Below, one piece after another: positions 25,761 to 37,935 of a DNA stretch of 64,000 nt. The DNA is from Marsupella aquatica. Its lineage: Eukaryota; Plantae; Marchantiophyta. Every line of letters starts with the position of its first letter. Position 1 is the first letter of the stretch. Below the pieces are notes generated by a model. That model did not search any database. It was not told the DNA's origin and was given only the letters and a program-made list of their open reading frames with translations. The position numbers and the translations under genes are program-made. The stretch is from positions 15,872,576-15,936,575 of the forward strand of contig OZ316896.1 in the NCBI GenBank assembly GCA_973895155.1. The letters are read 5' to 3'.

Positions 25761-26815
25761 ATAGCAGAAAATATTCCCAATTATTGGCATAAACTTTTTC
25801 TCTTAGATCCCTTTTAACAATCATTCAATTTTTCATTTTACTTTTTAAGATATAATATGTGCCATTTCATTATACTACAAGGCAAAATTAGCAACTGATG
25901 TTCTGGAATGGGCCGGCTATATACAGGTGAAATAAACTTAGCATGCAAAATCTATTGTTCCTGTCAGGCAGTCTTTATATGTAGCCTCCACCTAGCAGCC
26001 ATCCAAACTAATGAAATTGGTCAAAGTTCAATCTAAAGAACCTCTATTCAGACTGATCATGGTACACTTTCAATCCAAAAAGCCTCAATACCACTTAGGG
26101 CCCGAAGGCAGCTCCACTTATAAGGTCCATCTCCTGAGCCCAAATTCAAATTTCCAGGGCACAAAAATTGAAAAATTTAGTCAAAGATAAGGAAAGCCAA
26201 AGTGTGAATTTAGTTTAGTTTGACTCAAAAAGAGTTGCACCATTGTCCTCTGGGGAGAAATTAGATCAGGAAAAACACTCCAAACATACACATGCTCAAT
26301 AGCTACGTGGTTCGTCTCAAGGTCGGCTACGTCCACGGGAAGACAAAACTTTATTAATGGTTATGTGTCTATTCAAGCATCACCATCGCTCTCATCTTTT
26401 CAAGCTCTCATCTCTTGCTATATCCCTGTGTTCTCTCTTGAGAACTCTCTTGTGTGTGTTCTCACACCACATAGAACTTGGAGAGATAAGGACCAATCTC
26501 TTCAACTGGGGTTAGAGTAAACCCAGTTAACAGACTAACCACCATAGTTCAACCCAAGACTAAGTTAACCTCTACATGTCCAAGCAAAAAATAATCACAC
26601 CTTACAACAACAGTGAAAGGCTTTAACACAATGCAAGAGGATCAAGTACTATCCTCCCTCCATACTCACATGCAAGTAAGCAATGTACATATTCACCGAG
26701 ACATTCAAATGCAAGTAAATATTGTACATATTCAATATTGTGATGCATTATTGTCTTGTGTGATACTGGTAGGAAGAGTTTAATTGGAGAGAGTACTTTG
26801 GTCAAAAGAGTATTG

Positions 26816-28833
26816 CATACACTAATCAATGAAAAATTATTCTTCTAATATCTATAGTGATTTTTACAGTCATTTTTCATTTTCAATGCCAAAAAAACAA
26901 AAGCAATAAGGCCCAAAGACATAGTAAAGAGAATGACACGGGCGTTGATGGCAAGGTGTTGGGTGAGGGGCACACTACAAAAGCAATAAGGCCCAAAGAC
27001 ATAGCAAAGAGAATGACATGGGCATTGATGGCAAGGTGCCGGGTGATGGGCACACTCTCAATGTAGTGAAGCCCCTTGAAAGGCTCCAGCCTTGCATGGG
27101 GTGGGGCCAGGGGGGTGAATGAGAAACCTAGAAGACCAAAAAAAGTGAAAATGTGGGAAAAGGGAGGGTTAAGGTTTAAAAGGAACAGAAGAGAAAAAAG
27201 GGGGGGGTGACACCACTCATTTTGCTATACTTTTGTGGTGGTCATAGTAAGTCTTTTGTGTAATGATATCTTTTATTCAAGAATATTTTTTGTGCAAAGG
27301 AGACAATAGAAAAGTATATAAAAAATATAAAGAAAAAAAACTATTTTCATTTTGTCAAACTTTGGTGGCTATGGTAGCCAGTACTTTGCACAATGATATC
27401 TTTCACTCAACAAAATTGTGCAATAATATATTTTAATAAAGTCTTTTTATTCAAGGATAATTTTTTACACCATGATATAGTTCTCAACAATATCTTTAGC
27501 ATAATGATATCTTTAACTAAATGACATCTATTATACAATGCACGGGTTGAAAGGACAGCGACAGAAGAACCATCTTTGCTAAACCCTAATCCCTAAACCT
27601 GTAATATAACATTGTGCCAATTTATAGAGTGGTCATCATTTAGATACAAGGAAATTTGGGTGAAAAAAAACAAAAGAAAAAAAGAAAAAGACAAAGATAA
27701 AGGAATACGACCAAAAATACCATGCTACCCCTTGGATGCAGGCTGCAATGACAGCATCGAGCCATGACAACCCTGACTCTTGGTTGACTCGCTCCTTCCC
27801 TCCTTGACTTTTTACTTCACAACATCTTTCACATAACATCTTGGATGAAACGACACTGTTTTTCTTATGATATATCTTATTTCACAACATCTTTTGGCAA
27901 AATGATATTTTTCTTAATGACATTTTTCATATAATGACATCTTGGGTGACATGACATTGTTTTCCTTAACGACTCTTTCACATAACTATATCTTTGGCAA
28001 AACAATTTCCTTTTTCTTAAACCACAACTCCTAGTATATAAGGAGTTGCAGGACAATACAGCCATAAAGGAGTATCAAAGTTTTTGAGAGAAAGTATCAA
28101 GCACGAGGAAGAGCAGAAAACCACAAAATTCATTTATTTTTATTCCAAAAAATATGTACTCATTTTTGGAACAGAAAACACCAGGCTGTAGATCTACTCG
28201 AGATCTTTCATTTGTGCCATAGATCACCTTTTTATGTGGACGGAAAATATTTTTATTAGCAAAAAACAATGAACAATATAGATTTCAATAGAGACCAAAG
28301 CGACGGCCAGGAAGGCTTGGATTTGTTTTATTTTTCATGTGAAAACTATTCAACCATTTTCAAAAAGGAAAAACTCATCAGTAGATCTCATTGAGATCTT
28401 TCATTTGAGCCATATATTGCCCACTAAAGTGCATGGAAGATTCACAGAGATGATAAGGGCAGATGGCTCAGATCTCCTCCTCCCCCTAAAATTCAAAATT
28501 TGAATTGGACCTGTCATATTTCACCTTTTGTTTTTCCATATCTTTTCACGAAATATTGAATCTTTTTGTCTCAATTTTTTGTGAGACATAGAGATCTACG
28601 TTTTGAACCATAGATCGGATCGGATGGCATAGGATAGGTACAGTATAAGTAAAAATCCAGTGGCTCAGGAGAGGCGCAATTGCACTGCCAAATGATCGGG
28701 CCACACATGAAGGAAATTATGAAGACTCCGGGTAAACCCTGAGTCTCTTTGCGATTTAACAACATCTTTTGTGCAACGCATGATATTGAGCTAGTAAGTT
28801 CATCTTTTGTGCAACGCACTGGTATTGAGCTAA
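26816..28833 (+). mobile_element. Non-autonomous Helitron (family A), composite, with two tandem 3' ends
   Basis: 5' resembles 60941 (actaatcaa..aaaa.tatt.ttc.aatat). 3' ends gtgcaacgcatgatattgagCTAG|T at 28794 and a decayed copy ending ~28833. Internal ACATCTTT repeats; 27245-28020 is homologous (inverted) to 57300-57870; 78-bp internal duplication at 26900-27057. Confidence 0.7.
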
Positions 28834-30686
28834 TAAGTAGATAATATAACGGTGGCTATGTGACCTGAAATTTAGTTACTCCTCTTGTTCTATTCAACAA
28901 AATTGTCTCATATGACTCTTCATACTTAACGTAAATACTTCAACTTTCCAAATGCCAGGATGTCTCTTCATACCTAACTTAAATACTTCAATTTTCCAAA
29001 TGCCAGGATGTATGCCTAACTGACATCAAGGAACAAACACTTCCCAACTCATTGTGAAACTCTTTCCAACAATAATGATAAATGATTTACACTACGCGAG
29101 CCGAAGATAGCATATATGACATTGAGCGACCATCAGTGTAGGAGAATAATACGTTGAAGGATATGTAAACTTCATTGAATATCAATGTACAGGCATAAGG
29201 ATGAAATGTGATATTTGTATATACGTTCCTTCAAGTGCCTTCGTAAACATTATGTTTGGCTTCGGCTCCATTTCATTTAGTTTTTCGTCTTCCAGTACAG
29301 TAGCTTAAAGGTGACGCTCATTCTTCCAACAAGAAGGATAGAACTTAATCTTTAGAGTGGTACCAAAGCTATGGGAACCCTCTCTCAACTATCCCTCGTG
29401 ATACTTGATATAGAAGAAATTGTCGTCCACTGCCAGATTGTAGAAACTCCCCCTGAACCATATTTGCATGTCACTTGATGTTGACACTACCTGACCTGAA
29501 GCAGGGTTCGCAATAAAACATCCTTCTCTCTTGTCATGTCGAAACTTCCCACGATCAGCATCAAAGACATGTTGTCTCCGCAACAGACTGAGGCATGGCT
29601 TCCCATGGAACTGCACATCCCGTCAGGTAGTTATGTATATCACGTACGTGTGTGGGCTTGAAGACAATTTTATGACTAGCCTGCAGCAAACACCATAGCT
29701 GACGAATTCTACATCAGATTGAGCTAGTCATAGCCAGTTAAACTGAAATACGAGCAGCAAGAACGAGGAAGAAGAAAACTACTCTGAAAAATCAATCCGT
29801 CATCCTAAGTCGAAAAATTGGCCCCTGCGTTAGCTCGGTCAGTATCTGCTTTAGAGCCTAAGGTCTTCAACCAATTGTTAGAATTATCATATCATATCAG
29901 TTATATTATGTATTTGCGCGAATGACATTGTTTTAGAAACACATGTCGCGAACGCGTGACTGTAATGCACTTGCTTCCCAAGCAAGATGACAGAAAATCG
30001 TCCTTTGCCAACCAACAAAAACCTCAACAAAGAAAACATCTCACCAACTGGTGAAGGACAAAACTGCATTTTAAATATCTCACCATCGCCTTTCAGAAAA
30101 AGTGCGTACGACTCCACAAATACCATACTCCCACTTGCGGAATAGTGTTCAGAGTGACCACAGGCGAAGTCGTACATTACAATTACTTTCGCACACACAT
30201 TTGAGATCAAAATACAGGAAGTGCTCTGAAAGGCTCACCCATACAAATTTGAAAGCTATCTCCTTTATATAGTACAATGAAGAGCAATTGCTCTACAAGA
30301 TGTTCACTATGCTAAATTTGACCAGCAAATGAAAGTAGCTGGGTCCATAAAGTTCCACCTTGAGAGGTAGTCTGGGATCCTCCTGTCCAAGAACCTTGAA
30401 CGTCTTTCTTTGGTCTTTGACGCCTTTGAAACGGTCCTGCGTCCAAACGAAGGTTCAATGGCAAAGACAAATTGAAGACAGTGACGGTCACATCCACCAG
30501 GGATTTAAAGGCTATTTCTCCTCATGATGTTTAAAAACTGCAAAAAATAATAAACAATTCCTCAGCCGGAACTCGTTTTAACTTGACATAAAAGAGTCAC
30601 AAGTGTCTGATACAATTGTCCAGCGCAACAGCACGCTCAGACATTAAGAACGTGACGGAAACAGCCTTACCACTTGCAATAACCGC

Positions 30687-32442
30687 TCAGAAGATGAGAT
30701 TCAACTTTCGGGCCCGAATGGACTTGTCTAGGCTCTCCCAGAAGGCTAGGACTGCAGTTTTATCCTGGTGTCGCTTGTGTTTGCTGAGCTGCAGGTGAGG
30801 TTTCATTCAGAATTTTGTCAGCACTGATTTGGACAGAGGAAATGGGCATCTCGAGCAAAACGTTGGGCTAAAGAGCATGAAACTTGTTCCTCAATAGACG
30901 CATAGAAATATCGGCAGAATCAAAATCATTTTTACAGCCAGAATAGGGAAATATAACTGCAGTTTCTATAAGTCAGTGAACATACCGATAAGATCTTTAC
31001 ATTCCACTGCTTAACTGTTTTAGCAGACTCCACACTGTCGTCCTCGAACCGCAAAAAAATTCCCAAAACTGAACGCCAAACACAGGAAGTCAATTCACTG
31101 AGGAAGCTTACACTTCCTGTCTCCAAGTCAGATGAACTATGTTCGTTGCAAGAATAATTCAGTATCAGTAAAGAAGTATGAAGGGACGTCAAACTGAAGA
31201 AAAGCAGCAGGAAGAACATTTTCACCTACTCTTGTTAAAGATTTCCACATGATCCTTGAAAGGCCAATCTTTGAATTGCCATTCTTTCCCCAGCACAAAT
31301 ACGGCCACCACACGTTCCCAATCTTTCGTTGACATTACTGAAGGCTTATCCCTAACTTCATACTTCACCGGATGGTCACGGCCCATCTTCCTCAAAATAG
31401 TAAGATTCTCTGGTTTTTTAGGAAACGATTTCGCTTTTACTTCAGGGGTAACGTAGACACCATCCTCCAGAAACTCTTTCACATTGTAAGTGTTGACCAT
31501 TGTTTGAGAGGCACTTGGCACCAGTATAATTGGAGGACCGTCAGGCCTCTTCGACCCCGAATGAGAGAGGGGAGGCCGATGGTGTGTATGATGACTGGAT
31601 CGAACAGACCTTGGATCAGGCTTCGGTTTGGAAGCCTGATCCTTCGGCTTGACAGAATCAGCAAAAGACTGTGATGGGTCGATTCCTAGCTCCTCTGCAG
31701 CATCTGTCCCGAGGTGGTCTTTCCAAAATCGCTTCTCCTCAACGTTGGCATATCGGCTGCCTTGACTTGGAGCTGAAATGGCCGTGTCAGCAGGCTTCTC
31801 TGATTCCTTCTTCTGCTGATCATCCATTCTACGCTTTTCCTCATCTCTCCGATTCAGCAATGCTAGCACTCCTGCGAAATTCTTATTTGGGCATTCAAGA
31901 ATGCTCTCGCGGTCCCTAACCGGTCTTTCCCGTTCCTTGATTGTCTCGATCAAGCTATTTCCTGCTGCTTCCGGCAAGTAAGCCCCGAAATTATCGGTCC
32001 CATCGGCATCACTCCTCATTCGCTTGGCTGGAGCAAGATTCTCATCGTTACGACCAGGTTCATTCTCCTCCTCTGGAACGTGTCTCTTTAAATCCTCGCG
32101 AAGTTGATGACCTGCAACGGGTGGCAACAGTTCGATAGCATCCGTAGTGGAGATTTTCCCTTCGAGAAAATCTTGCAAAGGTTTCCTATCCGTAAACGTG
32201 ACAATTTGCAATTTTAACACTCGAGCCTGCTGCATGTACTCCACATGCTTTACGTGCTTGTTCTTCACGAAATATACCAGAGACTCGAGGGTATACAAGC
32301 TTCCCTGCTTGGACCGATAGGAAGTCTCCACATTGCGTGCAAACTTGAATTCATCTCCAAACCAGTACTCGTCTCCTACCAGTTTCACGCTATTGAGATC
32401 GTTTCGGACTGTAAACTCTCTCAACACCCCCAGCGGATCCAT
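30687..32442 (-). CDS. CDC73: CDC73/parafibromin (PAF1 complex subunit; plant PHP), 465 aa, 3 coding exons
   Basis: Exons 32442-31230, 31068-30986, 30788-30687 (1398 nt, GT-AG, phase-consistent). Motifs MDPLGVLREFT, PIILVPSASQT, YNVKEFLEDG, DWERVVAVFVLGKEWQFKDWP, VKQWNVKILSLSKHKRHQD, FWESLD. Confidence 0.96.
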
Positions 32443-33659
32443 TTTCCTTGCCCTACTCCTTCCGGGTCTTGGCTATCAATCTCTCAGAGCAATTTCGAGG
32501 ACGGAGCCCCACGAGTATACCACTCAGAGAACCTGAACGGCTTTATCGGCCCAGTAGTAAGGCAGGGGGAGAAACCTCATACCGGAGTGAAGCGGGCACC
32601 TCTAAGCTCGGGGGAAGACCTCGAGACCAAACAGGGGGAGGAGAACGTGCGGACACAAATGTACCAATTCATGAGCGACACCATCGCAAAGTAGACCAAG
32701 AAGCTCGGCGGAACGAGCAGCCAGACGGCAGCCCCTACCAAAACCTGCAGAAATAAGCCCAAGAGAAGCAGGCGCGCCGTGGCCGTGTTCCCCGTGCACT
32801 TGTTGCTGCTCCTCAATTTGCTGCACTGATGCACTTCGGAAGGACCCCCACACATCTAGATACGCAAGCTGGCAAGCACGCCTGGACGGCAGTAGTGCAA
32901 CCGAACCACAGTCCCGCATTTGCCACTGAGCTTCGTCGTCTGTTCAACCCCTTCAGCAAATCCACATCCAGAGAGCTCTAAGCTCAATCCGAAACGACCG
33001 CTCCACACTATCGTGCAAACACATCCTGAGGCATTGAGAAACCGTACCAAGTGCCGAAAACAAGCGCGTTTCTAATTTTACAGGAATCCAAAGACAAAAC
33101 GCTGAACTACAGTAGAATAACGCAAACTTTGAAAAGCATTACTCGATGAAATCAGCATTGTCTTCACAGAACTCACCTCCGACTCGCTCCAAATTTCGTT
33201 GGATGATTGCTCTTAGAAGATGTCATTCAGCATTCTTGGCACTCCTGTCCGTGCCTTCTTGTCTCCTGCTCCATAATTGTTGTTTCCTCCCTTCTTCTTC
33301 GGGAAAGTTCTAAAATCCTTCCAACTTTGTTACCAAAATGATTTCCTCGCCTGTCAGAGTGGTCGGAGAGAAACCCTAAGTTCAAAATCTCAGAGGAGTC
33401 TAATCCGTTGCTTACCCTGATGCTTTGATTACGTCTAATTACGTGTGGGTCGCGAGGAAAACGATTCTTGTCGTCGACTAAGTTTGCTCGTTTGCTCCAA
33501 TAACTTTATGGAACGTAGTTAATGATTTCCTCCTAATCACGTATTTGGGTGAACAAGAACATGATTGGTTCGCACATCTAATTCCTTAGTCCTTATTAGC
33601 ATCTTCACTAGGGGGTTTATATGAGCCACCCCTACCGGTCTGCCCACATTCCCTGCCAG

Positions 33660-34010
33660 CTGCCCCTGTTTGTCACCAATGGTGACACTATTTTTCTAAG
33701 TGTCACTGCCCCTGTTTGTCACCAATGGTGACACTATTTTTCTAAGTGTCACTGGCGTTTGAATGAACCTCACTTTTTGGGTAGGGTGATTGTTAAAAGG
33801 AACATGCATCACCATTCAAACCCCTGACCTGTGGTGTTTGTCGCCAATGGTGACACTATTTTTCTAAGTGTCTATTTTTCTAAGTGTCATAGGCGTTTGA
33901 ATGAACCTCACTTTTTGGGTGGGGTGATTGTTAAAAGTAACATGCATCACCATTCAAACCCCTGACCTGTGGCCTCCCACCAAGGTGCTCTACCACCAAG
34001 TCTCTAACCT
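33660..34010. repeat. Nested local duplications upstream of CDC73, ending in an inverted tRNA-like (SINE-like) head
   Basis: 46-bp unit ctgcccctgtttgtcaccaatggtgacactatttttctaagtgtca x2, then ~140-bp unit x2. The reverse complement of 33940-34003 contains tggtagagca...ggtttgaat (A/B-box-like). Confidence 0.7.
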
Positions 34011-34068
34011 GGTGATGACAATGATCCTTCGCATATGGTATTTAGTCTGATAAGGTTGTCGGGTACAG

Positions 34069-34230
34069 CCTAGAGAGGCATGACTTTGTGGTAGCTCACT
34101 TAAGTAAAAATTGATAGGTCTTGGGTTCAACTATTGTGGGCTGACTCTTGCCGTGGCCAACTCTTCCCTTTATGTGGGGTTTCACAGATTTCCGTTTAAA
34201 AAATAATAATAAAATAATAATAATAATAAA
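34069..34230 (+). mobile_element. SINE (tRNA-derived-like) with A-rich tail and target-site duplication
   Basis: TSD aaggttgtcgggtacag (34052-34068) / agggttgtcgggtacag (34231-34247); A-box-like gtggtagctcacttaagt, B-box-like gggttcaact; (TAA)n/A-rich tail 34198-34230. Confidence 0.8.
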
Positions 34231-34963
34231 AGGGTTGTCGGGTACAGTGGGCAGTAGACACGTATGCACGGGCTAATCATTGCTAAGTAGCATTGATTAG
34301 CCTTGATATTGCTTTTCGTCCTTAATTCAAACATGCCCCTAATGTACTAAGGATGTCCCTTTTAGATTTGGGGCTATCTTGCATCTGCAAAAATCCTAGA
34401 AAAATGGCTTTTACCAGACCACAATTGTCATGAAAAAGTGAGATCTCAAATGTGCACATAGTCAGGTAAGGGGACAGTTACCTGTGCGGCCCACCCTCAA
34501 TAGCGTTTCTTTGTTTGTCCTCCCTTTTTGTCTTTTTGTGTCTTTCAAAGGTCTGATTTCTGGCCCTTGCCCTTGAGACTCCTCAAATATAGTCGTCAGG
34601 ACTGGCTCTGGAGGGGGGGGGGGGGGACCATTAAAGAGCTGGGTTTTTCAAGACCCTCACATGCAAGGACTCAAGGCCCTAAGCAGGTGAAACCTTGTAA
34701 CCCTAGCCGTGTTCTGCAAGAGTTGTAAAGGAAGCTACCTGAATAGTAACAACTCACAACAATGCAATTAAGGGCAAGCTCAAAGTTGATCTCCCTTAAA
34801 GAGAGACACATAAGAGTATTTTGAAATCTTTCTCCACTTGGGAAAACAATCACTAGCCCAATGCCCCCATCTACACTAGCTCCAAATCTATACCATAACT
34901 AGCCTGATGCCTGGGCGTTGCTGAGTATTGTTCATGATAAGTAATGTTGAGGGGATTTGTTGT

Positions 34964-37935
34964 AGTCGCGGAACTTGACTACCTTAACACTTAGCTTCGG
35001 CGTCGCTGACTCCGACGCCAAGCTCCCCTATGGTCCAGGCCCGAAACGGCCATCCGGGGAGGACTTAGTATGGGGAGACTTGTGGGCAATGGGGCGTGGC
35101 ACTAGTGAAGGGCGTGGCACTAGCAAAGGCAAGACACTACATTGGTGACACACACTAAGTACTTAGACTAGCTGAGGGCTGGTCGGGTCAAGGGGAAAGG
35201 GCCAGACTCAAGGTTGACCGTCCCGACCCCCTGGAAACGGAATTTGAGTTCTAAGGGCTTGAGTGACAGCTCCTCTTGGGCCCAGGGCAAGTGGAGTTTA
35301 CTCCATGGGCGTGGCACGAGTTACGGCCCGATCAGAGTTTGGCCGATCGGGGGTCCAGGCAACGATGGGATCTGAGGGCCTAAGCATGAGCACTGGGTCG
35401 GCCCGATCACAACGGGCTAAAGCACTCCGCTTACGGACGCCTAACTAGAAAGTTATGGACATAGCCAGTTGGTGGCGCGCCTAGACGTGCGGGTTGGAGT
35501 CCAGGTGGGGGGCCAAAATTTGGGGACCAAAATAGGTCCAGGGGTGGCAGGTCTCCAGAAGCATATATGAGGGGAGTGATATCTCCCTCGGGGTTAAGGG
35601 CGAACCAAAGTCGTGAGCCGCTACGGTTGCGACACTAAAGGAAAACGTCAAACGGAAATGACGATAATTTTTCAACGGGAAGTCCGTTGGAGGACTTCTT
35701 GGGTGCGTTAGAAAGCTCTTAAGGAGGACTATATCCTCTTGAGCTCAGATGGGTCTAAGGGTGCCATGGATTCTTGGGATTTGCGGGGGCTATCTCGCTC
35801 ACTTGCCAAATCCTGTCGAAATAGCAGCCAAGCCGCATTTAGTCTCCCAAGGGAGCTTGCATTGGGAGGCAAGGCCAAGTAGGCATGGAGGTTGAGTTCC
35901 GAGGACACTTGGCCCCTAGACCATTGGTGGAGCAAGAATCGGAAGTTGGTTACTAGAGTCGGGGCCGTTTTGGTCTCGGCGTAATGGGACAAGCTTGGGA
36001 CAAGCTACGCTACTTGGGTCATGAGCATGTTTTGGGGGCAGGGCGATCAGTTGGTGAAGGATAGGTACGAGGAGAACTCGGGAGTGGTGGACCTTGCCAC
36101 CCAACGCCCTCACCAATCCCAGCACCCACGCCTAAGTGCCTCTGGTGCCCAAATGCCTCCATGAAATACCTCAACCAAGCAAGCTAGTGCCCCTTGCACC
36201 ACCCGCGGCCCCTCCCATACGAAGCCACACTTGCTCACCCACATGACTGCTACTCAACGGTCCTCATTGTCTGCACAAGTAACCAAGCGCCTCGGTAAGT
36301 AACCCTTCAGGATCTAGAACTCGCCAAGTCTAGCATCCTAACTCAAGCCCAACAAACATTGGTAAATAGGTTAGTGATAGGTCCTCCCAATACCATAAGC
36401 CGGAACCAGAATCCACGCCCACTGTTTGTCCAGAACAACTCCTTCCTTGGGCGCGGCCCGAGTTTCCCCTCGTACCTATCCATCACCAACTGACCGCCCT
36501 AGCCCCAGGACATGCTCATGACCCAAACAGTGCAGCTTGTCTTAAAGCTTATCCCATGCTTGTCCCAACACGCCGGGACTAGAGTGGCCCTGACTCTAGC
36601 AACCAGCTCTTGGTTCTTGCCCCACTGATGATCTAGGGGCCAAGCACCCTTGGAACTCAACCTCCACGTCTACTTGGCCTTGCCTCCCCAACGCAAGCTC
36701 CCTTGGGAGACTAAAAGCGGCTTGGCTGCTATTTCGGCAGGATTTGGCAAGCGGGCGAGATAACACCCACAAATCTTGAGAACCTATGGCGCCCCTAGAC
36801 CCAGTTGGGCTCAAGAGGACGTAGCCCTCCTTGAGAGCTTCCAACGCACCCAAGAAGTCCTCCAACGGACTCCCCGTTGGGAAGATGTCGTCATTTCTGT
36901 TTGGCATTTTCCCTTAGTGTCGCGACCGCCACGGCTCACAACTTTGACTTGCCCTTAGCCCCCATGAAGACACCACTCCCCTCATATATGCTTCTGGAGA
37001 CATGCCACCCCCGGACCAGCTGTGGTCCCTAAACTCCTGGCCCCCAACCCGGACCCTATCTCGCATACTTGGGGTGCCACCAATTGGCAACGCCCATAAC
37101 TTTCTCGTTAGGCGTCCGCAAGCGGAGTGCTTAGCCCGTTGTGATCGGGCCGACCTAATGCTCATGCCTAGCCCCTCAGGTCTCATCGCCGCTTGGGGTC
37201 CCCAATCGGCCAAACCCGGATCGGGCCATAACTCACGCCCCAAGCATCCGTAGCCCATGGCGTCAACTCCATTGGCCTTGGGCCCAAGGGGAACTCACAC
37301 TCAAGCCCTCAAAATTCAAAGTCCGTCCGGGGGTTTGGACGATCGACCTTGGGCCCGGCCCCTTTTCTCCTTGACCCGACCAGCTCTCAGTTAGCCTAAG
37401 CCCTTAGTGTGTGTCACCAGCTTGGCGCTTTGCCAGTGCCATGTCTCATTGCCCACAAGTCTCCCCATGCTAAGTCCTCCCAAGATGGCCTATCCGGGCC
37501 TGGACCATAAGGGAGCTTGGCGTCGGAGTCGACGACGCTGGAGCTAAGTGTTAAGGTAGTCGAGTTCCGCGACTTTGGGCTGCACCCAAGGAAGGAGCTA
37601 TTCTAGATGAACAGTGGGTGTTGGTTTTGCTTCCGGCTTATGGCATCGGGAGGACCTATCACTGACCTATTTACCAATGTCTGTTGAGCTTGAGTTAGGA
37701 TGCTAGACTTGGGGAAATCTAGATCCTGTTGGGTTACTTACCGAGGTACTAGGTTGCTTGTGTACACTATGAGGACCGTTGAGTAACAGTTGTGTTAGGG
37801 AGTAAGTGCGACTTCGTATGGGAGGAGTCGCGAGCCATGCAAGGGGCATCAAGTTGCTTGTTCGAGAAGTTCCGTGGAGGTGTTCAGGCACCAAGGGCAC
37901 TTATGCGAGGACATTGGGTGGCAAGGTCCACCACT
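34964..37935. mobile_element. AGT...ACT element (probable solo LTR), copy A, interrupted by copy B
   Basis: Starts AGTCGCGGAAC, ends GGTCCACCACT; perfect 5-bp TSD GTTGT (34959-34963 / 37936-37940). Segments 34964-36082 and 37580-37935 rejoin to ~1475 bp, matching the reverse complement of 54346-55796. Confidence 0.9.
36083..37574. mobile_element. AGT...ACT element copy B (1492 bp), nested in inverted orientation within copy A
   Basis: Starts AGTGGTGGACC, ends GTTCCGCGACT; TSD TCGGG (36078-36082) / TTGGG (37575-37579), one C>T at a CpG; colinear with 54346-55796. Confidence 0.9.

Larger units (their letters stand above)
20290..25923 (-). mobile_element. Replitron-like HUH-endonuclease (rolling-circle) transposon, degenerate, 5.6 kb
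   Basis: Contains an HUH Rep pseudogene (next feature). Flanked by an exact 22-bp direct repeat CAGGTGAAATAAACTTAGCATG at 20268-20289 and 25924-25945. No helicase recognised. Internal tandem arrays upstream of Rep. Boundaries are inferred from the repeat. Confidence 0.8.

Noticed and set aside
29230-29680. Possible minus-strand coding fragment downstream of CDC73
   Set aside because: Protein-like composition, but has stops, no recognisable motif and no consistent gene model.
33940-34130. Functional tRNA genes
   Set aside because: Only degenerate A/B boxes, no cloverleaf; better explained as SINE heads.
35263-37258. Short ORFs within the AGT...ACT elements (also 54347-55611)
   Set aside because: ORF boundaries are not conserved among the three copies; no gag/pol/transposase motifs.
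34964-37574. Single DNA transposon/foldback element with 1.1-kb TIRs
   Set aside because: TSDs and the remainder at 37580-37935 show two nested copies of one 1.45-kb unit.
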